From: Eledone cirrhosa
Taxonomy: Eukaryota
Assembly (NCBI GenBank): GCA_964016885.1
Contig: OZ024748.1
Span: 28,396,001 to 28,460,000, forward strand
Length of the DNA: 64,000 nucleotides
Direction: 5' to 3'
Of the stretch, positions 38,852 through 52,859 are shown piece by piece. Within the stretch, counting starts at the first letter, position 1; each line of letters opens with the position of its first letter. Position numbers and translations under genes: made by a program. A model generated the notes under the pieces. The model was not told the origin of the DNA. It did not search any database and saw nothing but the letters and a program-made list of their open reading frames with translations.

Positions 38852-39632
38852 TCAACACAATAACCAAAAAGCCACTGCCAAAATATGCCAGAAAGGGAAT
38901 TTAAAAGCAGGCTAGTTCACCTCGTGCGGAATTATATATATATATTGGTGAGTCTCGGGTGGCATGACTTGACTGGAAGATACAGTTTGGAGTCTGTGGG
39001 TTTATAGTATATGTCTGTTTCTATTTTGTTGTTGGTTTTCTTGATAAGGATGGCGAGGAAAGGAAGTTGCTCATGGTTGTATTCCATTGTAAATTGAATG
39101 TTTGTGTTAAGTCCATTTTCAAGTGTTTTAAATTATTTCCATACTTTCATGCCAGAGCATGAAACAATCATCCAGATATCTCTTCCAGTTATTTTCTATG
39201 TGGAGGTAGAGGAGTTTCCCTCCCCCACTTCTTCTCCTTCCCCTTCTCCCCCCACTACTACCACTACAGTCGACGCCAACAGCTTAAACTGCTACCACTT
39301 CTGTTGGTAAAGCTAAGGTCAACACCAAGAGAGAAAGAAAGAAAACTAGACAAAAATGTGAACTTTTCTCCCTAAATATGTATGTAACCCCCCCCCCCCC
39401 CCCATATTCTTATTATTCTTATTAATATGCAATTTAATTGCATTATAAACTTTCGTCGTTGAAAAGCATATAAAGGTGAAACCGGTACAATTAAATGCGG
39501 AAATCCCTATTTTGTAAATAAATGTTTTGATGTTATTCTGAGAGAAAATCCCTTTAGCATTTTCTAATGTTTTTCTTTTTTCCTTTATTACTATTTTTTT
39601 TATATATATCAACTCGTGTATCACTTCTCTAC

Positions 39633-39815
<183 letters not shown>

Positions 39816-39816
39816 G

Positions 39817-40030
39817 AAAGCGTGTGGCTGAGTGGTTAGAGAATTGGATTCGCAATCGTAAGGTTGTGAGTTCGATTCCTGGACCAGGCGATGCGTTATG
39901 TCCTTGAGCAAGACACTTTATTTCACGTTGCTCCTTCTACCTGGAGTTGCGACCGATAGATAGTATTAGCAATTGGAAAGACCAACGGAAACATTGTTCC
40001 CTCGGTCCGATTTGACGAAAGTCGATCGTT

Positions 40031-40032
<2 letters not shown>
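39817..40032 (+). mobile_element. tRNA-derived SINE family 2 in (TA)n
   Basis: Near-identical to 38277-38495, with (TA)n on both sides. Confidence 0.85.
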
Positions 40033-40069
<37 letters not shown>

Positions 40070-40788
40070 ATAGTGAGTAAAATCGAAGTTGCAGCTAATG
40101 CAGCATCTCTTGACGGAACAATCCTCAGAAGCTTTTCACAAGCACTCAATAAGATGATATCGATAAATTAAATCTGAGAGTACTAAACATACGTTAAAGG
40201 TGTAACAAATTGAAAACTGGCTCAGTAAAAGAGTGTCACAACAGCCACTACAACAACGAAAGTACAAACAGGTTAATACGAACCTGTACCTAGTCGATAG
40301 ATATTATAAAATATCTACAAATAAAGTACCAGTAATGCACTGGGTAATTGCTGGCCTTGTGCCTAAAGTAGAAACAATTATAAAATATCTTCGATTGGTT
40401 TCTGTGAATCCTAAATCAATAATCCAAATTACGCAATGCACTGTACTGTATCAAGATCGAACGCGGAAACACTTTATCAACAAGGATTTCGTCCTGTGTG
40501 CCAACCTCTCGATGCAATGTGTCACGTGTTCTTTCTCAAGGAATGAGGAAGAATCCCATCCAGGTTTTTGGCGGGAAAATTCGAAGTGTGAACAAAGGAA
40601 TCAATTCACAACCTCTGATTTTCAACCCGTGTATGGCTGTGCTAAGAACGGAAGTGTGTTTGTTTTTTATTTACTAAAATATTCATGTTCGATCATTGTC
40701 ACTGGTTAACTATTCTCAGCACAGGGTTGAAAATCTGTTAGGTGAAACGCGCGTCCTCGAGTATGGTTTGCTAATTTGTTGTGGAACT

Positions 40789-40854
<66 letters not shown>

Positions 40855-41527
40855 ATATATATGATATATATGTGTGTGTGTCTGTGTGTGAATGTGTGTG
40901 TGAAGTTTTTGAGGCGTAGATAAGATGTAGTAGATGGCTCAATGTTGGTTCGGAGTGATGGGGATGGGGTGGAGGTGCTTAATGAAAACCTCTTTAAGAC
41001 AAAGTCGCATCCTCCTCCTCCTCTCCCTCCTCATCGTCATCATACATATACACCTTTTGTTTATGCATTTATTTACTTTATTCCAGTATCTACCCCACCC
41101 ACCTCTTCCACTTTCCTCCCCCACCTCCCTCATACTGGTATCATTACCACCTCCAGTGACTGTCTTACTTTCACAGATAGGTTCCCACGGTAGAGCACCA
41201 CAACCACCACCACCACCACCACCACCACCACCACGACACGAACATCAGCACCACCACCACCACCACAAACATCAACACAACCACACCCACCAACATCATC
41301 GAGAGCTATCATCCATTCCATCCCACCAGCACCATCGCCAAGAACTATCATCCGCCTCACTTATCCACCGGCACCACCACCACCACCACCACCACCAACA
41401 CCACCACCACCACCACCATCTATCATTTCCTTGATGCTATTGCTATTTTACAAGGAATAAAAGTGATGATGGTGATGTGTCATGATGGTGATGTGTCGTG
41501 ATGGTGGTGTTACTAGAAGATGATATA

Positions 41528-41715
41528 GTTGTTTCTACTTTTGGCACAAGGCCAGTAAATACCCAGTACATTACTGGTACTTTATTTTATCGACCCCGTA
41601 AGAATGAAAGGCTAAGTTAACTTCGACGGGATTTGAACTCAGACCGTAAAGGGACGTAACTATGCTGAAAAGCATAGCGTCCGACCCTCTACCGATACTG
41701 CCAATTAACCGCCCA
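41528..41715 (-). mobile_element. SINE family 1
   Basis: Homology to 15747-15943. Confidence 0.8.
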
Positions 41716-42557
41716 AAAACTTAGTACGAGGTATTTAGTATAGAACCTGACAGAGATTGAACCCAAGACCATCATCACCACTGTCTCTAACACATACCAC
41801 TGGGCCAGATGATATAGTGGTGTAGTGTTGTTGGTGTTGGTGCTAGAGGTCGATCTTACAGGTAGCGTAGTTTGTTGTTGTTTAGCCTAAGACCAACGAC
41901 ATTCCACGCAGTCTGCAATTCCTATTTTTAAAAATGGTCGGTTGGGTATTGTTTAAGAGAAGTTTGGTATCTATTTCTTACAAGTCAGGCAAGTCTCCTT
42001 TTCTGCTTGTTTCTTTTTTAATTGTTTAGTCATGGGGGAAACGACAGTGGTGCCCCTGATTCTTTTCAGGGCCTCTGAGACTGGTGGTGGTGCGAGGTGG
42101 ATGTACCGTCTACTCAAGCAGGAGACCACGGCTAAATGATTGTAACAGTGAGCTATCCGTTAAATGCAGCCAAGTTCAGGATGGTTGTGTTAATGTAGTT
42201 GACATATCAAGTCTACCACCCAAGGACGGGGTGGTGGCGTTAAACTGGGTGACAGCTGCTGATGATCACGAGGAAGAAAAAAGTAATAATGACGGTGGTA
42301 CTGATGGAATGATAGGGGATGTCTACGACAATGATGATAATGATGACGACGACTACGACGACGAGGAATATGATGATGACAATGATGATTTAAGATGAGG
42401 ATGAAAAATGTCAATGCTGTGACAAACTAAAGTTGCCATGGCAATATAAATCTTAATACACCGGCGGCTAAATCGAACCACAGATTTATTTACACATAAT
42501 TTGGTCGTGTCACAGTTTCTGATGGTGATGATGATGATGATAATAATATTAATAGTG

Positions 42558-42852
42558 GTTTCTTTTATAGTCACAAGGCCAGCAATTTTGGGGGGAGGAG
42601 AAAGTCGATTAAATCGACCCAGTGCATTACTGGTACTTTATTTTATCAATCCCGTAAGGCTATAATAATTGTTTCTACTTTTGGCACAAGGCCAGCAATT
42701 ACCCAGTGCATTACTGGTACTTTATTTTATCGACCCTGTAAGGATGAAAGGCAAAGTTAACCTCGGCGGGATTTGAACTCAGAATGGCAAGGGCCGTAAC
42801 TCTATGCATCAAAGCAGGGCGTCCGACCTTCTACCGATACTGCCAATCCACC
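42558..42852 (-). mobile_element. Two tandem SINE family 1 copies (one 5'-truncated)
   Basis: 42668-42852 is complete and 42558-42660 is the 3' part only. Confidence 0.8.
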
Positions 42853-42857
42853 ATATC

Positions 42858-43865
42858 TATGTTTAGCGACCTGAGATCGTTCAGCAGGTGGCCCTGCTTC
42901 CAAGACGGCCCCAGGCCACGTGCATTTATGCTACCTATCCTGAAAGAAGCCATGGATAGGATAGGAGGAAAAGAAGTGAGAGGGGAAAAGTAAAAAAATT
43001 ACCTGTGGCTCTTTTTTAGGAAGGGGATGGAGGATCCATCCCTCCGACCAGTGGCGGGTTTCTCCACGAGAATGTCTGTGAATATTCTTTTGGTGATGTT
43101 CCCTCGGTAGTCTCTAATTGATGTGGGGGAACATTTTCTTTAATGTCATGTAATTTTTTTGTGTGATTTCTATTATTTGTGTGTGTGTGTTTGTGTGTGT
43201 TTGTGTGTGTGTGTGGGGGGGGGGAGCAATTTTGGTGGACTGTACGTAGTTTGTTTTTGTGATGTTGGTGTGGTGTTGAATGTAATTTAAAAGCTTTGTG
43301 TTGTCTGTGTCTATGGCTGTGGATTGTGTCTGCTGTTGGGGTGTTGGTGCTTTCTGTGTTTGCTGTGGTGTTGTTGAAAGTGACGATGGGGTAGATGCTA
43401 ATTGTAGCGGTGGTGGTGTTGGTGGTGTTGTTGGTGGTGGTGGTGATGCTGTAGATGGTTGTGGGGGTGTGACTGTTGATGGTGGTGGATGAGGTGGGGT
43501 CATTTTCATTTTCTTTTTTGGGGGGTTCTTTCTTCCTCTTTCTTTTTGAGGGCGAAGGTAGGGAGTTCTTCCTTTTTTTTGCTGGGATGGTTTTCCATCC
43601 TTCGGCCTCATCGCATTCCTTGTCCGATTCAGCAATATCGGAAAGGGGCATGCTCTCCATTAGTTCTGTTGGTGGTGGAAGAGATGGTGCTTTTGTTGTT
43701 GGAGATAGTGATTTTTCTTCTGTCACTGTGGCCTTGGTTGGTTTGTCCACTCCAGTCGCGGGGCACGGTGTGTGGAGAAGGGGTGGGCGCGTGCTCGTCT
43801 TGGTGAGTTTGGGGAAGAAGGCCTTAAGCTGCGTCTTGTCACCGCAACCATGACACCTTGGGTCT
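42858..43865 (-). mobile_element. Tx1 fragment: ORF1 C-terminal half, spacer, first codons of ORF2
   Basis: PRCHGCGDKTQL, MPLSDIAESDKECDEAEGW, then ATG at 42953 giving MASFRIGSINARGLG. Confidence 0.8.
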
Positions 43866-43869
43866 ACAA

Positions 43870-44905
43870 TTACCTCGTCTGTGGAGATCCACCTGAATAA
43901 AAAGGCTGTAAACGCGAGTGTTATGGGTGCAAAGATCTGCTACTGAATAGACTCATAACAGAAAAAAACCTGCGAATGGCCTGGATAGACTACAAGAAGG
44001 TATTCGACAGTGTACCTCATTCATAGATCATAAATACACTAGAAATGTATCACATAGCACCTGAGATCACAACTTTCCTGAAGGCAATGATAACAGATTG
44101 TAACATACAGCTTTAACATCATAAACTGCAACCTGCAACAACTACGAAGGCCGGTTACTAAGACAAGGAAACTATTGACAACGGAAAAATGCACCACTCT
44201 AAACCCGATGTACATAGGCTGTATATCTCAAGGAGAGAAGGTGGAAGGGGGTACCGACAACTGGAAGCTGCATACAAAACAGAAACCATTTGATAGCTAC
44301 TTCCACCAGACCCGAAATGAACTTCTTAAGCTTGTACTCAAGCATGAATGAATTAAGAAACTACACTCAATAACAAAAGAGGCAAGAATATTTAGGCAAA
44401 AACTGAACATGAAACAAGACATACCCATAGAAAATCAACAACAGCTATGCTATGTCTGTGAAGATCAAAGCAAAGAAACTCCAAACTGAGGAACTAAACC
44501 GTGAATGGAATGCAAAAACAACTACACGGTAGATTTCCAGAACGACTTTCTACCAATCATAGCGATCAGCATGGTTCAGTGGTGTTGGTTTGAAGGCAGA
44601 GACTGAGGGGCTTTTAGACACAGAATAGTGAAATATGGAACTAGCCCTCAATGTAGAATATGCTACAAATACGAAGAAACGGTAGATTATGTTATCTCCG
44701 GGTGTCCAGAGCTAGCAAAAACTGACTATATTGAAAGACACAACCTCATTGCCAAATATGAGCTACAGAAGATCTGGCTACTAGGAACAGCACACATTCT
44801 CAGACGAGTTCTCTCTCTTTACAATGAAAACATCTATTGCCGTAGGTTCAAGGCCTGAAGCCGGCAATAGAGACACAGTACTAAGCTAACCGAAATAACA
44901 CAACA

Positions 44906-44907
<2 letters not shown>
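43870..44907 (+). mobile_element. Heavily deleted R4/Dong-like element ending in (TAA)n
   Basis: AWIDYKKVFDSVPHS, LYISRREGGRG, CRIC..EETVDYVISGC, RHN and LLGTAHILRRVL are present. Confidence 0.8.
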
Positions 44908-44936
<29 letters not shown>

Positions 44937-44937
<1 letters not shown>

Positions 44938-45117
44938 TGTTTCTACTTTTGGTACAAGGCCAGCAATTACCCAGTACATGACTGGTACTTTATTTTATCG
45001 ACTCCGTAAGGATGAAAGGCAAAGTTAACCTCGGCGGGATTTGAACTCAGAATGGAAAGGGCCGTAACTCTATGCGTCAAAGCATGGCGTCCGACCCTCT
45101 ACCGATACTGCCAATCC
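44937..45117 (-). mobile_element. SINE family 1 flanked by (TAA/TTA)n
   Basis: Homology to 15747-15943. Confidence 0.85.
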
Positions 45118-45136
45118 AAATAATAACAATAATAAT

Positions 45137-45380
45137 GCTTTCTTTATTAGAAAGGGCTTACACAAAGTAGAAATTAAGAACAGTACAGGACAATACAGGA
45201 CGGTACAAAAGGGCATTTCTGCGTGTAAAAAAACAAAAAACAGAGGATGTATAATAGAACAATGAAAAAATTCCCCAATAGGAGGGAGACTTCGTGGAGA
45301 AAGCCCATTAAAAAGCCACAGTGACCCTGACCACCAGGACAAGTGCCCTCTCCCAGTTTTCTACCTTTAATTTACAGACA
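45137..45380 (-). mobile_element. 3'UTR-only Tx1 copy between (TTA)n tracts
   Basis: Homologous to 63098-63355. Confidence 0.85.
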
Positions 45381-45404
45381 AATAATAACAATAATAATAA
45401 TAAT

Positions 45405-48400
45405 GATTTCATTTATTAGCCACAAGGGCCGACATGTAGGGGACAATACAAAGACAGGGACAGTGGGGTTTACAATAAGGTCAAGTAAAAGTGTACAATG
45501 GCAAGACTAATTTAACAATGAAGATATAAAAATATAAAATAAACTATGCATAAATATAACAAAATAAATTCCCCGATAGGGGTGGACGACCCTGGGGTGA
45601 CTCGGGTACCCCACCAATCCTGAACCACCCTGAGCTTCTAGGGCACCCAGGGAGAGCACCCCTCTCCTCAAGTTAGCTAGCCTGTAGGCGCATGGTCAGA
45701 GTAGGCCCATTCACACGAGCCATTCTCGCCACATTCATCCACCTTTTAGCAAATGTACTGGGGGGCAGCACTTCTCTCTCCACCCTCACCTTCCTTTCCA
45801 GGTGAAACTTGAAGAAGTTGATGAGGGATTGGCCGAAGAGAAAAGTGTGTCTTCAGTCCTTTTAATCTGGTCCACCATATAACCTATTTCGCAACTGCCA
45901 CCAGACAGAGGAAAATTTCCTGCTCTTCCTAACCTAAGGAAGGCGGTGGATCGATCTTCACTATGGACTCGGCCGATAGCCGGATTCGTTCCACACACGA
46001 CAGTAGCTGTTCGACATAACTCCACAAGTCAGTAATGCACGGACATTGGACAAGTGCGTGCAGAACGGTTTCGTCGTTCTGTGTGCATCTTGGGCAGGTC
46101 CGTCTGACAGCACTTCCATGCCTGTAGAGTTTATCCCGAACCGGCAGTGCCTCCCGGTAGCACTGCCAAGCGAGGGATTTCTGGAAATTATCCATCGTCC
46201 CCGGATCGAAAGTACTCCGGTACAGACTGGTCAGTTCGACTTCGTCGAGGCCCAAAGCTTCTCCGAGTGCGTCATCGCACTTTCCCACCACTAATCCTAT
46301 ATAGAACTCGAGAGTGGAAGTTCCACTGATCACATTGCCCGCTTGGTAGAGGGCAGTGAGTGCCAGTCACCCAGTCTCGGTCTCTTCTTGACCCAGGACT
46401 GCAGCTCAGTCAAAAAAATGAGCTGCGGAAAGGCCCGTCTGATGAACGGCGACCACACCTGTTCACCGTTTAGGCAGAATATCTGAAGATGTCGTAGCCT
46501 CAATGCATGTCTGCGCATCATTAGCCACGGCATGCCCAGCCCTCCGCGTAGAGGGTGCTGGCAGCAGATGGACCGCCTCACCAACGGAACTTGTCCCCTC
46601 CACAAGAATTTGAAGAGGAGCCGTTCCAACTTGACTAGGCGCGGACGGGGGCAAGGCACGACGGTCAGGCGGTAGTAGATGACGGACGCGATGTACGCAT
46701 TCGTCACCTCTGCGCGACCTTTCAGTGATAGCTTCCTCCCAGCCCATCTTTGGGTGAGACTGGCTACTCTGCTCGTTACCTCGTCCCAATTCTTTTCCAC
46801 CTGGAGGTATGGTCCGAACCAAACCGCGAGCAACTTTACCGGTCTGTCCATCCAGCGCCCCACGACGCTGTTGGACGGCATGGGCTTGCCTCTCCAGGTT
46901 CCGAGCTGCAAGCCCACCGACTTTTCCGGGTTAAGTTTGGCTCCTGTCAACCTTTCATATTCCTTCAATAAGGTGCCGACCACCTCGATTTCTGAGGTGT
47001 TCGACACCATCACGGTGATGTCCGCATAAGCCGACACCGCCTTTCCACGTCCCGGTTCGAGCGGGATGCCCTGCAACAGCTCCAGCTTCTGCAGTAAAGG
47101 CTCGAGAGTCAATACGTACAGAAGGGAAGAGAGAGGACACCCTTGACGGACCGATCGGGAGAATCGAAATGGTTCCGAGAGGTGGCCATTAACCTTGACC
47201 ACCGAGCGTGTGCCGCTGTGCATTACAGCGATCCAGCTTCTGAAGACAGGGCCGAAGCCAGCTGCTTTGTGGACAAACTGCTGATACCGATGGTCGACCC
47301 TATCGAATGCTTTCGATTGATCTAAATTGATCAGTGCCCCACCTAAGCCAGGTTTACACCCTACCCTCTCTATGATGTATCGTATGAGGTGGAGATTGTC
47401 GTGTATAGACCTGGCTGGGATTGCGCAAGTTTGCGCCTCCCCAACCAAATCCCCGACGACAAGCGCCAATCTCTTTGCTAACACCTTAGCCAAAATCTTA
47501 AACTCTGTGTTGAGCAGAGTTATGGGCCTGAAGTTGTCTAATGTATCCCTCTTGTTCTCGTATTTCCTTATCAGCGTCACCACTCCCCTGCTCACAGAAC
47601 TGGGAATACTCCCATTCTGCTGCCAGTTGCAGTAGAGTGCTTCGAGGAAATCGGAGAACAAGTCTGGCATATTTACGTAAAGCTCGTAGGGAAGGCCATC
47701 CAAACCGGGTGACTTGCGCCTCATGCAGCCGACAAGGGCGTCCTGAATTTCGGCTGAAGTAATCGGCCTTTCGCGGCGCTCAGCGTCGACTGTCGAGATG
47801 CGCGGCAAGCCGTCAAGGTAGGGACTGAAATCCGCTACTCTCGCTGACTCGCCACTCTCCCCGAACAACCGAGCAAAGTGCTGGCGAAAGGCCTTACACA
47901 TCCGCTTGGAATCGCTTATCTCGTGTCCGTCTCGGTCCGCCAAAGACCGAATTGTGATTTTATTACCACGCTGCGCTTCCGCCACGCGGGCCCATCGAAC
48001 AGCTTTGGTTCCCTCGTTTCTCAGCGCACGCACCTTAGCTCTGTCAATGCAACCTTCGTGTTTCGCATTGAAGAAATGGTCCAATGCCATTCTCGCCACT
48101 AGCACGTCAGTTGCAATGCCACTACAAATAGCCTCGTCTAACTTATCTACCAGCTCCCCCTCCTTTCTATTTTTCTCTAACGCTAGTTCTTTGCTGAACT
48201 CTATCGAAGTTACTCTAATTTCTCTTTTGAGAGCCCCTCACCATCTGTTGTTGATGATCCCCCCTGTCAACTTTTGCTTAACTAAATTGTTGACTCGGTC
48301 CCTGTAACCTGGTCCTAACCTACGCGTTTTATCTAGGTCGACCGTACAGATCGCAAATTTGTGATCTGAATAGGCGACCGTTTTAAAAAGTAGGCAGCCT

Positions 48401-50834
48401 ACACTATTTCTATCTATTTTCCTAATGAAGACCCTGTCTATATACGATCTAGATGACGCCATTCGGTTGGTCCATGTCCATACTGGCGCATTGGGGAAAT
48501 CTAGTCGATACATGTCAGACAGTTGGAACCGGCTGAGTAGGTGTTTGAGGCTTTTGCACCGCCCGCTCCTATCAGCTACTCCCACACAATCCCAGCGTGC
48601 GTCTAAGATGCCATTCCAGTTCCCCGCTAACAGTAAAGGGCGAGACGTACCCAGAAAGGTCTCCAGGCGCCTAAAGAGGTCCGGTCATCCAGCCCCTGTA
48701 GGGGCGTAGACGGCCAGCAGTCTAAAGGAACCACCTTCGCTACTGCTCACATCCAAGACCACCAACTTACCGTCCGGGATCCGGAAGCTCGACCTTACCT
48801 CGAGATCCAGTCCTTTCCTAAACAGCACTGCCACCCCACCTCCCATTCCCGGCCTGCTAACAGATGCGAAGATCTGATAGTCGTCGAAAATGGGGCCTAG
48901 TGCGCGCGTGTCGGAAATTCTGGTCTCGCTGACGGCAATCACATCCATTTCAAGCGACCTGAGGTCGTTGAGCAGGCGACCCTGCTTCCAGGGTGACCCC
49001 AGGCCGCGAACATTTAAACTTCCTACTCTTAATATGGCCATGTTGGCAAGCTAAAAGAGAGAGGGAAGGTTTACTTACCTCCCGGGGTCTTGTGAAGGTC
49101 GGGTGGTTCGACCTCCATGGTTTGTGGGGTTTCTTTTGGGAACCCCTTTAAAAGTCTCGATGTGGGTTTCACATTCGGGGTTCCCACGTCTTGAGGAAAG
49201 CTCTCTCGAATTTCTTTGAAGGAATCGGGTGACATTCGGATCTTCTGGCACGCAAAATGTGCTCATTTCAAAAATCTCCCCCTCTGTTTGAATGTCCTCG
49301 CTTCGTGCTAAGAGGGCCATCAGTTTATCGTTGGCCCTTCTGACAAGCACGAAGTTTTTAACATTTTGTTGGTGTGGTTTTATTTGTTTTCGTTTTGGTG
49401 ACTGTAATGGTGATGGTTTTGGTGGTGTTGTTTCGGGTATGTCTGTGTTTCTTGTAGGTGTGGTGTCTGCAATTTCAGGTATTTGTGTGTTTATTTGTAC
49501 TTGTGTTTGTTTAGGTTGTTTTCGTTTCGGGGATTGTGGGGGTGGTGTCGATGTTGCTGTTGGTGCTGATGTTATTGGGGAAGTGTTTGCGTTAGTGGTG
49601 TCTGTATTTTTTGTTGTGTATGTTTTTGTGTTTTGTTGGGGCTTTTTTTTTTGTGAGTTTTCTCTGTTTTTTTTTGCACTTTTGGGTTTTCCTCCATCTT
49701 CGCTGCTGGAAGACAAATGGTCTGTGGCTGTGAGTGTCTCTGCGTTTGTGTGTACGTTTATTGTTTTGTCTATGTGTATAATTGGGGGGTAGGGGTAGGG
49801 GGAGTGGGAGAGCTTTCCTCGTTTTCCCCTTGGATTGGTTTCGGTGGTTTGGTGGTCCGGCTGTTTTTGATGTTGGTGTCCGTGTCTTTGTTGGGGTTGT
49901 TTTTGGTGGTGGTGGTGCAGCTTTCCGTGCTGACACTGGCGTTGGCAACAAAGGAGGTTTGCGACCTTCTGCATTTTTGCGCTGAGTGTAGAAGGCTTGC
50001 AGATGCGTTGCTTCCCCGCAGACGAAGCAGCGTGGCCTTCTTCCCTCAGTGATTAGTTGGATTGTTGTCCCGTCCTGCAGGCGGGCAAAATCCGGGATGT
50101 TGTTCATGTCCTCCGGTTTCATTTGGAGCACAATCTCCAAATTCATTCCGGACCATTCCTCTCTCTCTGTCCTTTTGATATCCAGGAGAGTAGTGTCTGT
50201 CCCCTCCTCGATTACGCATCCCAGAAGCCACCATTCCTGGTGGGATGCTGGGAATGCGGACCTTTACTGTCCTTTTACCCTTGTAAGACGGGTGCATGAT
50301 AATGCGTTCCGTTCTGCAGGGGGTCACCGTGTGCTTAATAGCAAGGGCCTCGGTTTTGAACAGTACCGAGATGGTACCGAACTGTTTGGCTCTTGCTTTA
50401 TACTCTATGTCACTTCCGATGCACTCCAAAGCAGTCTCGACCTCTGCTTGGCTGGCAAGTTCCACTTTTCGTGTCTGCACCGAAATGCATCGAAAGTACA
50501 CCGTCCTCCTTTGCATGGCCGCTATTGCCCCGTCCGGGATGGTCAGGTTTGCCCAGGACTTCTCCCGTTTAATTAGCCTCCACGCCTGGGCCAACTGTTC
50601 GTCTTTATCGCTAATATCAATATCCAATAAGCACTTTGTTTTTGCTGCTGCTGCAGCAAATGTGGTGCTTCTGATGCTCTTGTTGTTGGTGTTATCGTTC
50701 TTGCTGTTGTTATTGGTGTTGCTGTTGTTTTGTTTGTCGTTGCTGTTGCCACCGCCATGCGTGTTTACATTGAAGCTGTCGGTGTTATTGTCGTTGTTGC
50801 TCTGAGTTGTTGTTGTTGTTGTGGTGGTGGTGGT

Positions 50835-50835
<1 letters not shown>
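45405..50835 (-). mobile_element. Near-full-length Tx1 LINE (Tx1-B) between (TTA)n tracts; defective
   Basis: ORF1 at ~49075-50810 (TEGRRPRCFVCGEATHL). ORF2 starts at 49041 (MAILRVGSLNVRGL, YSDHK, QGCPLS, CPRC..HALVQC) and has several frameshifts. The 3' end is cccttgtggctaataaatgaaat followed by (TTA)n. Confidence 0.93.
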
Positions 50836-50885
<50 letters not shown>

Positions 50886-51673
50886 GCCCACGGTTTAATT
50901 AGAAACAACCACCAACTATTAAAGATCAAAGGGGCCTATGTTGAGAAATAAACATCATTTGGTCACATCCCATGAGAGCATCTTGGCCAGCCTATGAACT
51001 TTTCAGCCGGCCCTCCGATGCAGTGCTTAATTACATAAAAATGGAATCATTTTAACAAATTACTGAAACTGCCATAACGGAATATTTTACTTATTTATAA
51101 TTTGAGGAAAAAAAATTTTTTTGTACAGCAAAAAAAAAAAAAAAAATCGTTACTGCCATTACCACTACGACTACCATCACGACCAAACCAACCCAAACCA
51201 CTATGACCCCCCCCCCCCCACCACACCACCACCGCCGCTACTCTCAAGTAATTCCTTTTTTAGCTCTCTCTCTCTCTTACACACACACATACATTCATAC
51301 ACACACATGCATATCCACACACATGCACACATACACACACTCCCTCTTACCACCCCCTTCGCGACGTGACAGACTTTCTACACCACATGTACATCAGCTT
51401 TGATATAATACCTAGATAATATGTATATACACAATATACTACGCACGTGAGAAGTAGGAGGGACAGGAGAAAGCGTCCTTGGACACAACTGACTTTGAAG
51501 CTAGGTCACGTGATACTCTCATGCAACGAGCAAGACAACGACTTGCGACACGTTTTAAAAATAATAACAAATAAATATTTAAATAAATAAATAAACAAAT
51601 AAATAAATATAATGGAGTAGCTATGTCATATGACTTAGAACGTGATTGAGGACACAAATAAGATAACAACTGC

Positions 51674-51978
51674 GTCACTGTCACAGCTGGGTCATATGAC
51701 GTCTTAGTAATGTATGGAAGGCCAATTAGAATACAATGTCCTGTTAAAACAGGGTCATGTGACGTCTTAATGATGTACGGAAGACCAGTTAAGGTATAAT
51801 GTCTCTGTCAGAGCTAGATCATATGACATCTTAGTAATGTATGGAAGGCGAATTAAGATATAATGTCACTGTGATAGCTGGGTCATACGACGTCTTAGTG
51901 ATGTATGGAAGCTTAGTCAAGATAAAAGATCACTGTTAAAGCAAGGTCTTATGAAAGCTAAGTAATGTATGGAGGACA
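51674..51978. repeat. Diverged minisatellite, ~63-64-bp unit x ~5
   Basis: Recurring ggtcatatgacgtcttagtaatgtatggaag. Confidence 0.85.
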
Positions 51979-52479
51979 AAAATGACGGGATTGTCACATT
52001 TAAATAGATATGTTAATCAAAGATCTGTTCGATCGGGGATGACATATTGGTAAACAACAACAGCAGCAGTAATAACAACAACAACAACAACAACAAAGAC
52101 TGGAGCAACAATAACGATAACAGATACAACACAACCAACACCACCAACAGCACCAATACTAGTACCAACAATAACAACACAACAAACAGTATCCCCACTA
52201 CCACATCCGCCACCACCACCACCACCACAATCACCACAATCACCGCCATCACCTCCACCAATAACAGTGACAATACTAAAAACTAAAAGGAAGGAAAGAG
52301 CAGAGATGAAATACGCACCTAGATTTAAGTGGCTCTTCCAGTTGGCATCTGTTCTGCATGTTCTGTGTGTATTGCTATATATAACAAGCACACGTGCATG
52401 TATGTATGTACACGCACACGCACACACAGACATATATATACATATATATATATATGTGTGTGTGTGTATATATGAATAC

Positions 52480-52529
<50 letters not shown>

Positions 52530-52544
52530 AGCAAGTAAAGCAAC

Positions 52545-52621
<77 letters not shown>

Positions 52622-52859
52622 GGGGGGTAGAACACTGGAAGGTAATATCCGTAGTGGTAGAGCACTCAGTCCTTGGGACGAGTTTGGTAGCAGTGGTAAG
52701 ACAACAGTTAGTTCACCATACCGAGAACAATTGTTTCACGTTAGGGGATCTTCAGCTCGTACTGGTCATGGTTATACGGAACGGGAGGAACAACCGTATG
52801 AACGCGAATGCGCGGAAACGGTCACTTCACCTAAGCGATGCAAAGCCACGGGCGAAAGG

